DNA of 64,000 nt from Alphaproteobacteria bacterium (lineage in GTDB: Bacteria; Pseudomonadota; Alphaproteobacteria; MPNO01; UBA830). This document shows positions 30,527-40,171 of this stretch, piece by piece. The first letter of the stretch is position 1, and every line of letters begins with the position of its first letter. Both the position numbers and the translations under genes were made by a program. The stretch is taken from positions 896,001 through 960,000 of the forward strand of contig OZ251539.1 of NCBI GenBank assembly GCA_965243135.1, in the 5' to 3' direction. Below the pieces are notes generated by a model that was not told the origin of the DNA, searched no databases, and was given only the letters and a program-made list of their open reading frames with translations.

Positions 30527-32059
30527 ATGACGAGACGCATGCTTCCGACCGGCATGTCCTCCCTCCGGACGATCCGGGGGCTGGAGTGCTACTACGTCGA
30601 CAAGACGGACCATGTGCGCCGCCTCGTCGAGAGAGGCAGGTACTATTTCCTGTCGCGTCCGCGCCGGTTCGGCAAGACCCTTCTGGTGGACACGCTGCAG
30701 GAACTGTTCGAGGGAAGCGAGGAGCTGTTTCGCGATCTCGCCATACACGGCAGGTGGGACTGGTCGGCGCGCCATCCTGTCGTGCGGATCAGCTTCGGCG
30801 GCGGCAATTTCGACTCCCCGGACTTCGTTCGGAGAAGCGTGGAAGCGCAGCTGGCGGCGGCGGAGAGGCGCGCCGGCGTCGAACCGAGCGCTGCCGAGGC
30901 GTCGAACCGTTTCGGGGAATTGATCGAGGCCCTGCACGAGCGCACCGGACGGCAGGCGGTCGTGCTGGTCGACGAATACGACAAGCCGATCCTGGACGCG
31001 CTCGGCGACCGGGAACTGGCGCTGGCGAACCGCAACTTCCTGCGCGGCTTCTACGCGATGATCAAGGACAACGACAGGCATCTCCGTTTCGTTTTCCTGA
31101 CGGGGGTGAGCAAGTTTTCGCATGCGGGCCTGTTCTCGGGCCTGAACAACCTGCGCGACATCACCCTCGATCCGCGTTTCGGCGCCATCTGCGGCTACAC
31201 CGACGACGAGTTGGACGCGGTCTTCGCCCCGGAACTCGAGGGCCTGGACCGGGACAAGATCCGCCGCTGGTACAACGGCTACAACTGGCGCGGTCCGGAG
31301 AGGGTCTACAACCCGTTCGACATCCTCCTTCTCTTCGAAACGCGCGAGTTCGAGGCGCACTGGTTCCAGACCGGCACGCCGACCTTCCTCGCCGACCTTC
31401 TGGCGCGGCGCCGGGTCGCGGCGCCGGCCTTGGAGGGCGCGGTCGCGAACGCCACGCTGCTGTCGGCCCTCGACGTCGACCGCATTCCCGTCGAGACGCT
31501 TTTGTTCCAGACCGGCTATCTGACCATCGCCGACGAGAAGCGGGACGACGACGCGCGCCTCTACCGGCTGGACTACCCGAACCAGGAGGTGAGGCGCAGC
31601 CTGAACGAGCTCCTGCTGCAGACGATGGCGCCGGACGTCGCGGTCGCGGCGGAGAGCCAGGAGCTGCGACGCCTGATGCGGACGAACGACTTCGCGGGCC
31701 TCGAGCGGCAGTTCCGGGCGTTGCTGGCGAGCATCCCGAACGAGTGGTACGCGAACACGGGCCTGGCGGGGGCGCACTACGCGAGCGTGCTCTACTCGCA
31801 CTTCGTGGCGGCGGGGATGGACGTCCGCGCGGAGGAGAGCACGGCGCGCGGCCGCTCGGACCTGACGGTCCTGTACGACGGCGGCGTCTACCTGTTCGAG
31901 TTCAAGGTCGTGGACGGGAAGCCGGAAGGCCGGGCACTGGCGCAGATTCGGGAGCGCGGCTACGCGGACAAGTACCGGCGTCCGGGCGTGCCGGTCCACC
32001 TGATCGAGTTCGGCCGGGAGGAGCGCAACATCGTCGGGTTCGAATTCGAGACCGCCTGA
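30527..32059 (+). CDS. AAA-ATPase-like / PD-(D/E)XK nuclease protein, copy 1
   Basis: YYVDKT, SRPRRFGKT, LVDEYDKP, GRSDL..FEFK, ALAQIRERGY. Confidence 0.9.
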   Translation: MTRRMLPTGMSSLRTIRGLECYYVDKTDHVRRLVERGRYYFLSRPRRFGKTLLVDTLQELFEGSEELFRDLAIHGRWDWSARHPVVRISFGGGNFDSPDFVRRSVEAQLAAAERRAGVEPSAAEASNRFGELIEALHERTGRQAVVLVDEYDKPILDALGDRELALANRNFLRGFYAMIKDNDRHLRFVFLTGVSKFSHAGLFSGLNNLRDITLDPRFGAICGYTDDELDAVFAPELEGLDRDKIRRWYNGYNWRGPERVYNPFDILLLFETREFEAHWFQTGTPTFLADLLARRRVAAPALEGAVANATLLSALDVDRIPVETLLFQTGYLTIADEKRDDDARLYRLDYPNQEVRRSLNELLLQTMAPDVAVAAESQELRRLMRTNDFAGLERQFRALLASIPNEWYANTGLAGAHYASVLYSHFVAAGMDVRAEESTARGRSDLTVLYDGGVYLFEFKVVDGKPEGRALAQIRERGYADKYRRPGVPVHLIEFGREERNIVGFEFETA

Positions 32060-32103
32060 AGCCGGGAGCCGTCCCGTTCGGACGCAGGCGGCGCCTCCTT
32101 GGT

Positions 32104-32139
32104 CTGGAAGCGTTCTAAACAGGGTACATGGACCGGACA
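32104..32139. repeat. 36-bp repeat copy 2
   Basis: Identical to 30431-30466. Confidence 0.95.
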
Positions 32140-32573
32140 CACCGACATGTTAATGGAGCCGTGTGCGCTGTCCGCAACGCCTTGGAATGCGGACAGCTTT
32201 CAGGAGTACCTAATTTTTTCCTCGGGTACGGAAAACTGCGAATTCTCCGCGCCGGAACCGCGATTTTCGCAGATTCCACCCCTCGGCCGGCCGGGCGACG
32301 CCCCTGGCCGCCTGCGTTCAGGCCACGGCCCGGCTTGCACCGGATTTGCGGCGCAGCAACACTCGCCTTTGCTGTGTAACTACCCCGAGCTGCCGGCCAC
32401 CCGTGAACCATTCCGCGAGATTTTTTCGCGGCGGCGTTTGCCGTTCGGGAGGAGCGTGACGCTGAGGGCTGCCAGCCCTGTCTTCACGCCGCGACGCCCG
32501 AACGCGGAACGGTTATGTCGGCACATGATAGCGGCGCGAGGCCGGGAGAACCATACCCAAAGTTACATGCTAC

Positions 32574-32760
32574 GGGGTGAGCAGGCTCCGATCATGAGAG
32601 AGTTTGTCATGCTGTCCGCCGCTCCCGGAAGTCTCGCGCACCGAGCATGGAGCGCCGGAGCGCGGCGTCCGCGCCCCGAACGGTCCACCGCCGCCGACCG
32701 GTTGCCGACCGTCCTTTTGCAACCGGCCTCGACGCCGCCGGAGGACACGCCGGATAGCAT
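32574..32760 (-). pseudogene. ISKra4-like transposase C-terminal remnant
   Basis: VSSGGVEAGCK..VG.R, then WTVRGADA..LR in a shifted frame; ...CACCC-type ends at ~32574 and ~33265. Confidence 0.55.
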
Positions 32761-33275
32761 TTCCCGCTAAGGCGGCCGCATGTCCAGAAGGTGCGCCGAG
32801 AAGGCGAAATTACCAATGGACAAGCCGCCGCGACATAAGAAAGTCCCTCAGGCAAATCGCACTACCCAGAAAAATCTACGAAAAATTTTTCTGAAATCCC
32901 ATATTTTCCAAGGGCCTTAGCGGGAATTGCTGCACGCCGGAGGACAAACCCTGTGCGCGGAACTTTGCGTATGCGCGAGCGGGATAGCCTGCAACGCCGC
33001 GCTTGCGGAGAACGGCCTCGTCGACCCGACCGTTTTCAAGGGCGCCGCACCGCTTTCTCGCCGACGCCTCCGCAAGTTCCCCGCGCCTTCGCCAAGGTGC
33101 CGTTTCGCACAGGTCGACGGACGGCGTCGGGGAACGGTTCGTCGGCGAGGTTCCCGGAGATCTCCCCAGGACTACGCGTCGCCCGGCGTCGCGACAGCGG
33201 CGATGGCGCGTTTCTCGCTCGACCCGTTGAGCGAAAGGCGAATCTCAAGAAATTGACGCGCACCCGGCGCTCTCC

Positions 33276-33310
33276 TTGACGGTTCCGGCATGGCGGCCTA
33301 CTCTCGCCGG
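33276..33310 (+). promoter_or_regulatory. Sigma70-like promoter, leaderless configuration
   Basis: TTGACG-17 bp-TACTCT-6 bp-ATG. Confidence 0.65.
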
Positions 33311-34849
33311 ATGGCGAAACGCATGCTTCCGATCGGCTTTTCCTCCCTCCGGGAGATCCGGGGGATGGACTGCTACTACGTCGACAAGACGGAGCATGCG
33401 CGCCGCCTCGTCGAGAGGGGCAAGTACTATTTCCTGTCGCGTCCGCGCCGGTTCGGCAAGACCCTGCTGGTGGACACGCTGCAGGAGCTGTTCGAGGGAA
33501 GCGAAGAACTGTTCCGGGGCCTCGCCGTGCACGACGGGTGGGACTGGTCGGGACGCCATCCGGTCGTGCGGATCAGCTTCGGCGGGGGCAATTTCGACTC
33601 CCCGGATCTCGTTCGGAGAAACGTGGAACGGCAGCTGGCGGCGACGGAGAGGCGCGCTGGCCTCGAACCGGGCTCCGACGAGGCGTCGAACCGTTTCGGG
33701 GAATTGATCGAAGCCTTGCACGAGCGCACCGGGCAGCGGGCGGTCGTTCTGGTGGACGAATACGACAAGCCGATCCTGGACGCGCTCGGCGACCGGGAAC
33801 TGGCGCTGGCCAACCGCGACTTCCTGCGCGGCTTCTACGCGATGATCAAGGACAACGACAAGCATCTCCGTTTCGTTTTCCTGACGGGGGTAAGCAAGTT
33901 CTCGCAGGCGGGCCTGTTCTCGGGCCTGAACAACCTGCGCGACATCACGCTGGCGCCGGAGTTCTCGGACATTTGCGGCTACACGGACGACGAACTGGAC
34001 GCGGTCTTCGCCTCCGAACTCGAGGGCCTGGACCGGGACAAGATCCGCCGCTGGTACAACGGCTACAACTGGCGCGGGCCGGAGAGGCTCTACAATCCGT
34101 TCGGCATCCTGCTGCTGCTCGCCGAGCGCAGGTTCGGCAACTACTGGTTCTTGAGCGGCACGCCGACCTTCCTGGTCGAGACGCTGTCGCGGCGCCAGGT
34201 CTCGGCGCCGGCCCTGGAGGGCATGTTCGCGGACGACGACCTGCTGTCGGCGATCGACGTCGACCGCATCCCCGTCGAGGCTTTGCTGTTCCAGACCGGC
34301 TACCTGACCATCGCCGGCGAAGAACCGGACGAGGACGCGCCCCTCTACCGGCTGGACTACCCGAACCATGAGGTGAAGCGCAGCCTGAACGCGCTCCTGC
34401 TGGAGGCGATGGCGCCGGACGTCGCGGTCGCGGCGGAGAGCCGGGAGTTGCGCCGCCTGATGAGGACGAACGACTTCGCGGGACTCGAGCGGCGGTTCCG
34501 GGCGTTCCTGGCGAGCATCCCGAACGAGTGGTACGCGAACACGGGCATGGCGGGGGCCCACTACGCGAGCGTGTTCTACTCGCACTTCGCGGCGGCGGGG
34601 ATGGACGTCCGCGCGGAGGAGAGCACGGCGCGCGGCCGCTCGGACCTGGCGGTTCTGCACGGCGGCGGCGTCTACCTGTTCGAGTTCAAGGTCGCGGACG
34701 GGAAGCCGGAAGGCCGGGCGCTGGCGCAGATACGGGAACGCGGCTACGCGGACAAGTACCGGCGTCCGGGCGTGCCGATCCACCTGATCGGCATCGAGTT
34801 CGGCCGGGAGGAGCGCAACATCGTCGGGTTCGAGTTCGAGACCGTCTAA
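33311..34849 (+). CDS. AAA-ATPase-like / PD-(D/E)XK nuclease protein, copy 2
   Basis: Same motifs as copy 1; close paralog. Confidence 0.9.
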   Translation: MAKRMLPIGFSSLREIRGMDCYYVDKTEHARRLVERGKYYFLSRPRRFGKTLLVDTLQELFEGSEELFRGLAVHDGWDWSGRHPVVRISFGGGNFDSPDLVRRNVERQLAATERRAGLEPGSDEASNRFGELIEALHERTGQRAVVLVDEYDKPILDALGDRELALANRDFLRGFYAMIKDNDKHLRFVFLTGVSKFSQAGLFSGLNNLRDITLAPEFSDICGYTDDELDAVFASELEGLDRDKIRRWYNGYNWRGPERLYNPFGILLLLAERRFGNYWFLSGTPTFLVETLSRRQVSAPALEGMFADDDLLSAIDVDRIPVEALLFQTGYLTIAGEEPDEDAPLYRLDYPNHEVKRSLNALLLEAMAPDVAVAAESRELRRLMRTNDFAGLERRFRAFLASIPNEWYANTGMAGAHYASVFYSHFAAAGMDVRAEESTARGRSDLAVLHGGGVYLFEFKVADGKPEGRALAQIRERGYADKYRRPGVPIHLIGIEFGREERNIVGFEFETV

Positions 34850-34964
34850 TACCAATCCCACAATTAAATGACTTGTTTTTGCGGGGTTTGCAGTAGCCCG
34901 TTCTCGTTGCACATAAACGAGTACATTCATTCGTTATACAGGTCACTTAATAGTAGGTTTGGTA
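34849..34964. mobile_element. 116-bp AT-rich MITE (IS630-like, TA target)
   Basis: Imperfect terminal IRs ATACCAATCCCACAATTAAATGAC / ATACCAAACCTACTATTAAGTGAC (20/24); TA at 34847-48 and 34965-66; absent at the homologous site after copy 1. Confidence 0.8.
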
Positions 34965-35165
34965 TAAAGCCGGGAGCCGTCCCGTTCGGACGTTTCGGCA
35001 GGCGGCACCTCCGCGAAAGGCGCGGGCGGACCGCGCCGCTGGTCGCCATGCCCTTCGTCGGGAACGGCCGTTGTTTCCGCCGGGTCGCCGCCTTGCGCGC
35101 CGGCCGCCCGACGGGACGCATCAGCGCGGGAACTCCGGGCCGACGTTCGGCTGGCGGACTCCGCC

Positions 35166-35219
35166 CTGGAAGCGTTCTAAACAGGGTACATGGACCGGAC
35201 ATATCGTCCGTTACTGACA
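35166..35219. repeat. Repeat copy 3, with terminal ...ACA (TGT on minus)
   Basis: 36-bp core identical to other copies. Confidence 0.9.
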
Positions 35220-35343
35220 GGTCGCGCGCCGGATCTTGCCGGATTCGGAAAAAAGAGTATCATCGGCGCCATCCTTTCCCGGCGCGGGGAAGCTTCGGTA
35301 CGTTTCCGTTCGGTGCGGAACGTCATGCATGGAGGGTGTTTCC

Positions 35344-36759
35344 TTGGATACTCATCAGATAGTCGCGCAGGACACGGGCCCGGCCGGCGAGCAAGCGGCG
35401 GGACCGATCCCGCAAACCGACAGGTATCGGGCGCTGACGTCAAGGCATTTCGGCGATATTCCCCAGCTGGAGAAAATTCCGGGCGACGACCGCTTCGCAA
35501 TGCAGGTGGTGAGCAGCGTGTTGCCATTCCGCTCCAACCGGTACGTGATCGACAACCTTATCGACTGGGACCGCGTGCCGGACGATCCGATCTATCAGAT
35601 GACCTTCCCGCAGGCGGGCATGCTGGAGGATTCGGAATTCGGACGGGTCGCGGACCTCATGCGCAACGATGCGCCGAAGAACGACTTCGAGGCCGCGGTC
35701 TTCGACATCAGGGAAAAGCTCAACCCGCATCCCGCAGGGCAGCGCGAACTGAACATCCCCAAGGTCGGAAACGAGATTTTGGAAGGGCTTCAGCACAAGT
35801 ACCGCGAGACGGTGCTGTTCTTCCCGAGTCAAGGGCAGACCTGCCACGCCTATTGCTCCTTCTGTTTCCGCTGGGCCCAGTTCGTCGGCGAGAAGGATCT
35901 CAAGATCTCCGCCCGCGAGGCCAGCGGACTGCACCGTTACCTTGCCGAGCATCCGGACGTCACCGATCTTCTGGTCACCGGCGGCGATCCGATGGTGATG
36001 AAGACGAGTTCGATGGCCCGGTTCCTGGAGCCGATCATCGAACAGCCGGAATTGTCCCATATCCGCGATATCCGCATCGGCACGAAGGCTCTGACGTTCT
36101 GGCCGAACCGCTTCGTCGGCGACGACGATGCCGACGACATGCTGCGGTTGCTGGAACGGATCGTCGGATCCGGGCGGCACGTCGCCATCATGGCCCATTT
36201 CAATCACTGGCGGGAACTGGAAACCGACGTGGTGCGCGAGGCCATTCGGCGGTTGCGCGATACCGGCGCGATCATCCGTTGCCAGGGGCCTGTCCTCGCC
36301 CACATCAACGATTCCCCGGACGTCTGGAGCCGCATGTGGCAGGAGCAGGTCCGGCTGGGCATGATTCCCTATTACATGTTCGTGGAACGCGACACGGGCG
36401 CCCGGAACTACTTCGAACTTCCCCTGGCCAGAACGTGGGAGGTTTTCCACGGCGCGGTTCGAAGCGTATCCGGGCTGGCCCGCACGGTTCGCGGGCCGAG
36501 CATGAGCGCCACGCCGGGCAAGGTCGAGGTTTTGGGAACGCAGGAACTTAACGGCGAGAAGGTTTTCGTGCTGCGATTCCTGCAGGGCCGCAATCCCGAG
36601 TGGGTCGGGCGTCCCTTCTTCGCCGCGTTCGACGGCAAGGCGACCTGGCTCAATCATCTGAAGCCGGCCTTCGGAGAAAAGCGCTTCTTCTTCGAAGACG
36701 AGCTCGACGCCATGACCGGAGGAGCGTCGATTCCCGTCGGCACGAGCAGGCCTCACTGA
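35344..36759 (+). CDS. KamA-family radical SAM protein (lysine 2,3-aminomutase-like)
   Basis: HKYRETVL, CHAYCSFCFR, LVTGGDPM, RIGTK, PYYMF; TTG start after GGAGG (ATG 35329 alternative). Confidence 0.85.
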   Translation: MDTHQIVAQDTGPAGEQAAGPIPQTDRYRALTSRHFGDIPQLEKIPGDDRFAMQVVSSVLPFRSNRYVIDNLIDWDRVPDDPIYQMTFPQAGMLEDSEFGRVADLMRNDAPKNDFEAAVFDIREKLNPHPAGQRELNIPKVGNEILEGLQHKYRETVLFFPSQGQTCHAYCSFCFRWAQFVGEKDLKISAREASGLHRYLAEHPDVTDLLVTGGDPMVMKTSSMARFLEPIIEQPELSHIRDIRIGTKALTFWPNRFVGDDDADDMLRLLERIVGSGRHVAIMAHFNHWRELETDVVREAIRRLRDTGAIIRCQGPVLAHINDSPDVWSRMWQEQVRLGMIPYYMFVERDTGARNYFELPLARTWEVFHGAVRSVSGLARTVRGPSMSATPGKVEVLGTQELNGEKVFVLRFLQGRNPEWVGRPFFAAFDGKATWLNHLKPAFGEKRFFFEDELDAMTGGASIPVGTSRPH

Positions 36760-36919
36760 GGGGCCGGGCGTTTCGTCCCGAAAACCCGGCGGCGCGGCGA
36801 ACGCTTCGCCGCCGGGCCGAATCCCTGACCGGCCGGCGCGAGGTTCGCCTGCGACCGGAATTGCAGGAAGGTAGACTTTTCCGGCGGGCAAGGGCGGCGA
36901 CTTGCCCGCGCCGGCCAGG

Positions 36920-37804
36920 ATGACGGCCGCCGCGCCCGACCGGCACGCTCCGGCGGCGGGCATGCTTTGGATGCTGATGGCGGCGCTATGCTTTTCGGCA
37001 TCCTTCACGCTGGTCAAGGCGCTTCAGGACTTCGGAATGACCGTGTTTCAGGCGGTGCTGATCCGCCAGACGCTGGGGCTCGCCGTTCTGTCGCCGCTGT
37101 TGATCCGGCGATGGCCGGAGCCGTTCCGCACCGAGGTGAGAGCGCGCCACTGCGCCCGCGCGTTTCTCGGCTTCGCCGGCATGTGTTCCGCCTACTACTC
37201 GCTGTCGCTGATCAACCTCGCCGATTCGGTGGCGCTTCAGTTCACGCTGCCGTTCTTCACGATGGCCTTCGCGATCTGGATCCTCGGGGAACGTCCGAGG
37301 GCGCACAGGACGATCGCGACCGCGATCGGTTTCGGCGGCGTTCTGATCATCGTCCGGCCGGGCTTCGCCGAATTCAATCACGGCATCCTCTTCGCGCTCG
37401 CCGGCGCCGCCTGCTACGCCGCGTCGGACGTCAACGCCCGCCGCCTGGCGCGGCACGACCCGTTGTCCACCATCATGGCGTGGAACTTCCTGCTGACCAT
37501 TCCGCTCTCGGCGGTTCCGGCGGCCGTGTGGTGGGTCCCGCCGCCGGCGGACGCCCTCTGGACGATGCTGGGCTTCGCCGCGACGGGCGTCGGCGCGCAG
37601 TTCTGCCTCACCAGATCCTTCGGGCTGGCCGAGGCGGGGCTCGTCTCGCCGGTCCTGTTCCTGCGCCTGCCGATCGTCGCGGCCGCCGGCTGGCTCGTCT
37701 ACGGCCAGCAGACGGGAATCTGGACATGGATCGGCGCATCCATCATTTTCGCGGCGACGATCTGGATGGCCCGCGCCGAGACCGGCGGGCGTGGAAAACG
37801 CTGA
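36920..37804 (+). CDS. DMT/EamA family transporter
   Basis: About 10 hydrophobic segments, LGE..., GFGGVLIIVRPG. Confidence 0.85.
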   Translation: MTAAAPDRHAPAAGMLWMLMAALCFSASFTLVKALQDFGMTVFQAVLIRQTLGLAVLSPLLIRRWPEPFRTEVRARHCARAFLGFAGMCSAYYSLSLINLADSVALQFTLPFFTMAFAIWILGERPRAHRTIATAIGFGGVLIIVRPGFAEFNHGILFALAGAACYAASDVNARRLARHDPLSTIMAWNFLLTIPLSAVPAAVWWVPPPADALWTMLGFAATGVGAQFCLTRSFGLAEAGLVSPVLFLRLPIVAAAGWLVYGQQTGIWTWIGASIIFAATIWMARAETGGRGKR

Positions 37805-38991
37805 TGGAAGAATCGGCCTGGGGCGAGGCGACCCGCGCCGCCCTCGTGGAGAAGGCGCGGTCGTTCGTCGAACCGTTTCGCGGGCGCGCGGGAGAAGCCG
37901 AAAAGAACGGCAGGCTGCACCTCGAGACGCACGAGGCGATGCGCGACGCGGGCTTCTACCGGCTCCAGATGCCGGCGCGTTACGGCGGTTTCGAGATGGA
38001 CCACAGGGGCATGCTCGACATTTCCGTCGAACTCGGACGCGCTTGCGGATCGGCGGCCTGGGTTTTCTCCAACATCGCCGCGCAGAACGGCATCGTCGCC
38101 ATGGCCTCGCGGGAGCTTCAGGACGAGGTCTGGGGCGAGGACGGCGACGTCTGCACGGCTTCGTCCTACCCGGCGAAGGGCGGCCGGGTGCGCAGGGCGG
38201 CGGGCGGGCTCGTCGCCGACGGCGTCTGGAGTTTCGCCTCGGGCGTGGACTGGGCCGAATGGAACAACCTGCAGACGTTCGTGCCGCAGGACAACGGGCC
38301 GCCGCAGCATCACATGGCGCTCGTTCCGCGGTCGGACTACACGATCGTCCGGGATTGGGCTTCGCCGGGACTCGTCGCGACCGGTTCGCATTCCATCGTT
38401 CTCGACAACGCGTTCATTCCCGATCACCGGACGCTGAACACCGCCGAAGCGCGGGCGGGGCGGACGATCGAAGCGTCGGGCAATTTCGGCCCGATTTTCC
38501 GCGTTCCGCCGATGTGCGGCGCGAACAAGATCTTCTCCGGCCCCGTGGTCGGCATGGCGCGCGGCGCGCTGGACGCGATCGAGAGGGAGCTCGCGGGCCG
38601 GAACAGCGTCGCCGGCGTTCCGATGGCGGCGCTGACGACGGCTCAGATGCGGGTCGCCGAGGCCGGGGCGTTGATCGACGCGGCCTGGGCGCTGCAGCAG
38701 CGCGACTGCGACGCCGCTCTCGAAATCGGCGAGGCCGGGCGGCTGACCACGGTCGAGGACCGGGCCGTCTGGCGCCGCAACAACGCCTATGCGGGGGTGA
38801 TGTGCGTAAAGGCGGTCCAGTTGCTGTATCCGCTCATCGGCGCCCGCGGCCTCGCGCCCGACAGCGATTTCTTGCGCGCCTTTCGGGACATTCACGCGGC
38901 GACGATGCAGATCAACATGTCCTGGGATCGGCAGGCGGTGTCCGCGGGCCAGATTCAGCTCGGCCTCGAGCCGGACGATCCGCGGATTTGA
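37804..38991 (+). CDS. Acyl-CoA-dehydrogenase-fold flavin monooxygenase (HsaA/C2-like) 1
   Basis: PARYGG, CGSAAW, GVWSFASG, GLVATGS, FRDIH. Confidence 0.82.
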   Translation: MEESAWGEATRAALVEKARSFVEPFRGRAGEAEKNGRLHLETHEAMRDAGFYRLQMPARYGGFEMDHRGMLDISVELGRACGSAAWVFSNIAAQNGIVAMASRELQDEVWGEDGDVCTASSYPAKGGRVRRAAGGLVADGVWSFASGVDWAEWNNLQTFVPQDNGPPQHHMALVPRSDYTIVRDWASPGLVATGSHSIVLDNAFIPDHRTLNTAEARAGRTIEASGNFGPIFRVPPMCGANKIFSGPVVGMARGALDAIERELAGRNSVAGVPMAALTTAQMRVAEAGALIDAAWALQQRDCDAALEIGEAGRLTTVEDRAVWRRNNAYAGVMCVKAVQLLYPLIGARGLAPDSDFLRAFRDIHAATMQINMSWDRQAVSAGQIQLGLEPDDPRI

Positions 38992-38995
38992 CGGG

Positions 38996-40171
38996 ATGAA
39001 AACGCCGGAGACCCGGGAAGGCATGATCGGCCGCGCCCGCGGCATGGTCCCGGCGCTGCTGGACCGGGCGGGCAGGGCGGAGCGGGATCGGGCCATTCCC
39101 CGCGAGACTTTCGAGGAGATGGCCGAAGCCGGTTTTTTCCGCGTTCACCAGCCCCGGCGTTTCGGAGGATTCGGCTGGGAGCCGGGCATGATGGTGCGCA
39201 TCGGCGCCGAGCTCGGCCAGGGGTGCGGATCGAGCAGCTGGATCTTCAGCAATCTGGCCGTTCAGAGCTGGATCCTCGGCATGAGCGAACCGCAAGCGCA
39301 GGAAGACGTATGGGGCGGCAATCCGCTCGCCCTCGTCGCGTCGTCGTTTCCCGTGAAGGGCGGAACGGCGCGGCGCGCGAAGGGAGGCATCGTCGCCGAC
39401 GGGCTTTGGAGCTTTTCGTCCGGCGTGGATTTCTCGGACTGGAACAACATCCAGGTTTTCCTGCCTTCAGGCGACGCTCCGCCGGAGCATCATTTCGCGC
39501 TCGTGCCGCGTTCCGACTACGAGGTCGTCGACGACTGGCATTCGCACGGCCTCGCCGGAACGGGCTCGCGGAGCATCCGGCTCGACGACGTATTCATTCC
39601 CGAGCATCGCGCGACGCATTCGACGCGGCTGATGGGCGGGCCGTCTCCCGGCAGCGCCGCCGACCCTTCCGCCTTGTACCGCGTTCCGCCGCTCACGCTG
39701 GGGACCAAGGTCTTCTCGTCTCCGGCTCTGGGAATCGCCAAGGGCGCACTGCGGCTGGTGGAGGACGAAGTTTCCGGCCGCGCCACCGTGGGCGGCACGG
39801 CGATGGCCGAGTTGCCCACGGCGCAAGTCCGGGTATCGGAGGCGGGCGCGGAGATCGACGCCGCCGAGGCGCTGCTGTTGAAGGACTGCAGCGACGCGAC
39901 GGCGATGGCAGAAGCCGGAGGGGCGCCGACAGCAGGCGACCGCGCGCGCTGGCGGCGCAACAACGCGTTCGCGATGCAGCTTTGCCTGCGCGCGGTGGAG
40001 CGTTTGCATCCGCTGGTGGGCGCGCGCGGACTCGCGCCCGGCAATCACTTCCTGCGGATGTTCGTCGACGCGCATGCGGCCTCCCTGCAGATCACGGTCG
40101 CGTGGGATATCCAGGCGGTCAACGCCGGGCGCGTCCGGTTCGGTCTGCCCTCGCTCGATCCGCGGGTTTGA
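38996..40171 (+). CDS. Acyl-CoA-dehydrogenase-fold flavin monooxygenase (HsaA/C2-like) 2
   Basis: Tandem paralog; PRRFGG, CGSSSW, WSFSSG, GLAGTGS. Confidence 0.82.
   Translation: MKTPETREGMIGRARGMVPALLDRAGRAERDRAIPRETFEEMAEAGFFRVHQPRRFGGFGWEPGMMVRIGAELGQGCGSSSWIFSNLAVQSWILGMSEPQAQEDVWGGNPLALVASSFPVKGGTARRAKGGIVADGLWSFSSGVDFSDWNNIQVFLPSGDAPPEHHFALVPRSDYEVVDDWHSHGLAGTGSRSIRLDDVFIPEHRATHSTRLMGGPSPGSAADPSALYRVPPLTLGTKVFSSPALGIAKGALRLVEDEVSGRATVGGTAMAELPTAQVRVSEAGAEIDAAEALLLKDCSDATAMAEAGGAPTAGDRARWRRNNAFAMQLCLRAVERLHPLVGARGLAPGNHFLRMFVDAHAASLQITVAWDIQAVNAGRVRFGLPSLDPRV

Noticed and set aside
32169-32199. 10-bp stem GCTGTCCGCA...TGCGGACAGC as a terminator
   Set aside because: Long loop and only a short T run; function unsupported
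30431-35201. 36-bp identical repeats as a CRISPR array
   Set aside because: Spacing is 1.7 and 3.1 kb, there are no cas genes, and the repeat continues into transposase starts
30428-35219. Integron attC cassette array
   Set aside because: No attC-like long hairpin or RYYYAAC/GTTRRRY pair recognised, no integrase in the window, and the genes have their own promoters
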